Positions 45,068 to 45,113 of a stretch of 45,113 nucleotides of DNA are shown piece by piece. Each line of letters begins with the position of its first letter. Position 1 is the stretch's first letter. This DNA comes from a virus (taxonomy: Duplodnaviria; Caudoviricetes). A program made the position numbers and the translations under genes. The stretch lies in the IMG/VR virus record IMGVR_UViG_3300025718_000011, positions 1 to 45,113 of that record; one strand, given 5' to 3'. The notes under the pieces were generated by a model that was not told the DNA's origin, ran no database searches, and worked only from the letters and a program-made list of their open reading frames with translations.

Positions 45068-45113
45068 ATGAGTGTTGTTGTGGGGCTTGTGAAAAATGGC
45101 AAGGTTTATATGG
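45068..45113 (+). CDS. 5' part of the Ntn peptidase continuing at position 14
   Basis: ATG AGT GTT GTT GTG GGG... = MSVVVGLVKNGKVYM. Confidence 0.75.
   Translation, partial: MSVVVGLVKNGKVYM

Overview
Apparently complete ~45.1 kb circular genome of a temperate siphovirus-like phage, probably a phage-plasmid of an anaerobic bacterium. Bases 1-13 repeat 45101-45113, and one ORF reads through that junction. The + strand late arm (26390-45113, continuing 1-1364) holds terminases, an SPP1-type portal and minor head protein, scaffold, major capsid, neck, twin tail-tube-like genes, frameshifting tail chaperone, tape measure, collagen fibre, lysis genes, an Ntn peptidase and a metallophosphoesterase. 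A hairpin-rich non-coding region with a tRNA-like element and a parA/partner pair follow. The - strand early arm (3649-25100) holds many small ORFs, a short serine recombinase, radical SAM enzyme, SNF2 and UvrD helicases, primase, nucleases, a mini-NrdD and two DNA methyltransferases. Most notable: (1) a zinc-finger HNH cassette with its own consensus promoter and RBS is overprinted in another frame inside a methyltransferase gene whose own frame stays open across the 195-codon insert; (2) three hammerhead ribozymes punctuate the early small-gene operon; (3) at least 16 proteins end in Ala-Ala using varied codons; (4) a tRNA-like element lies in a ~500 nt structured RNA candidate. All calls are by eye from motifs, and no database searches were run.
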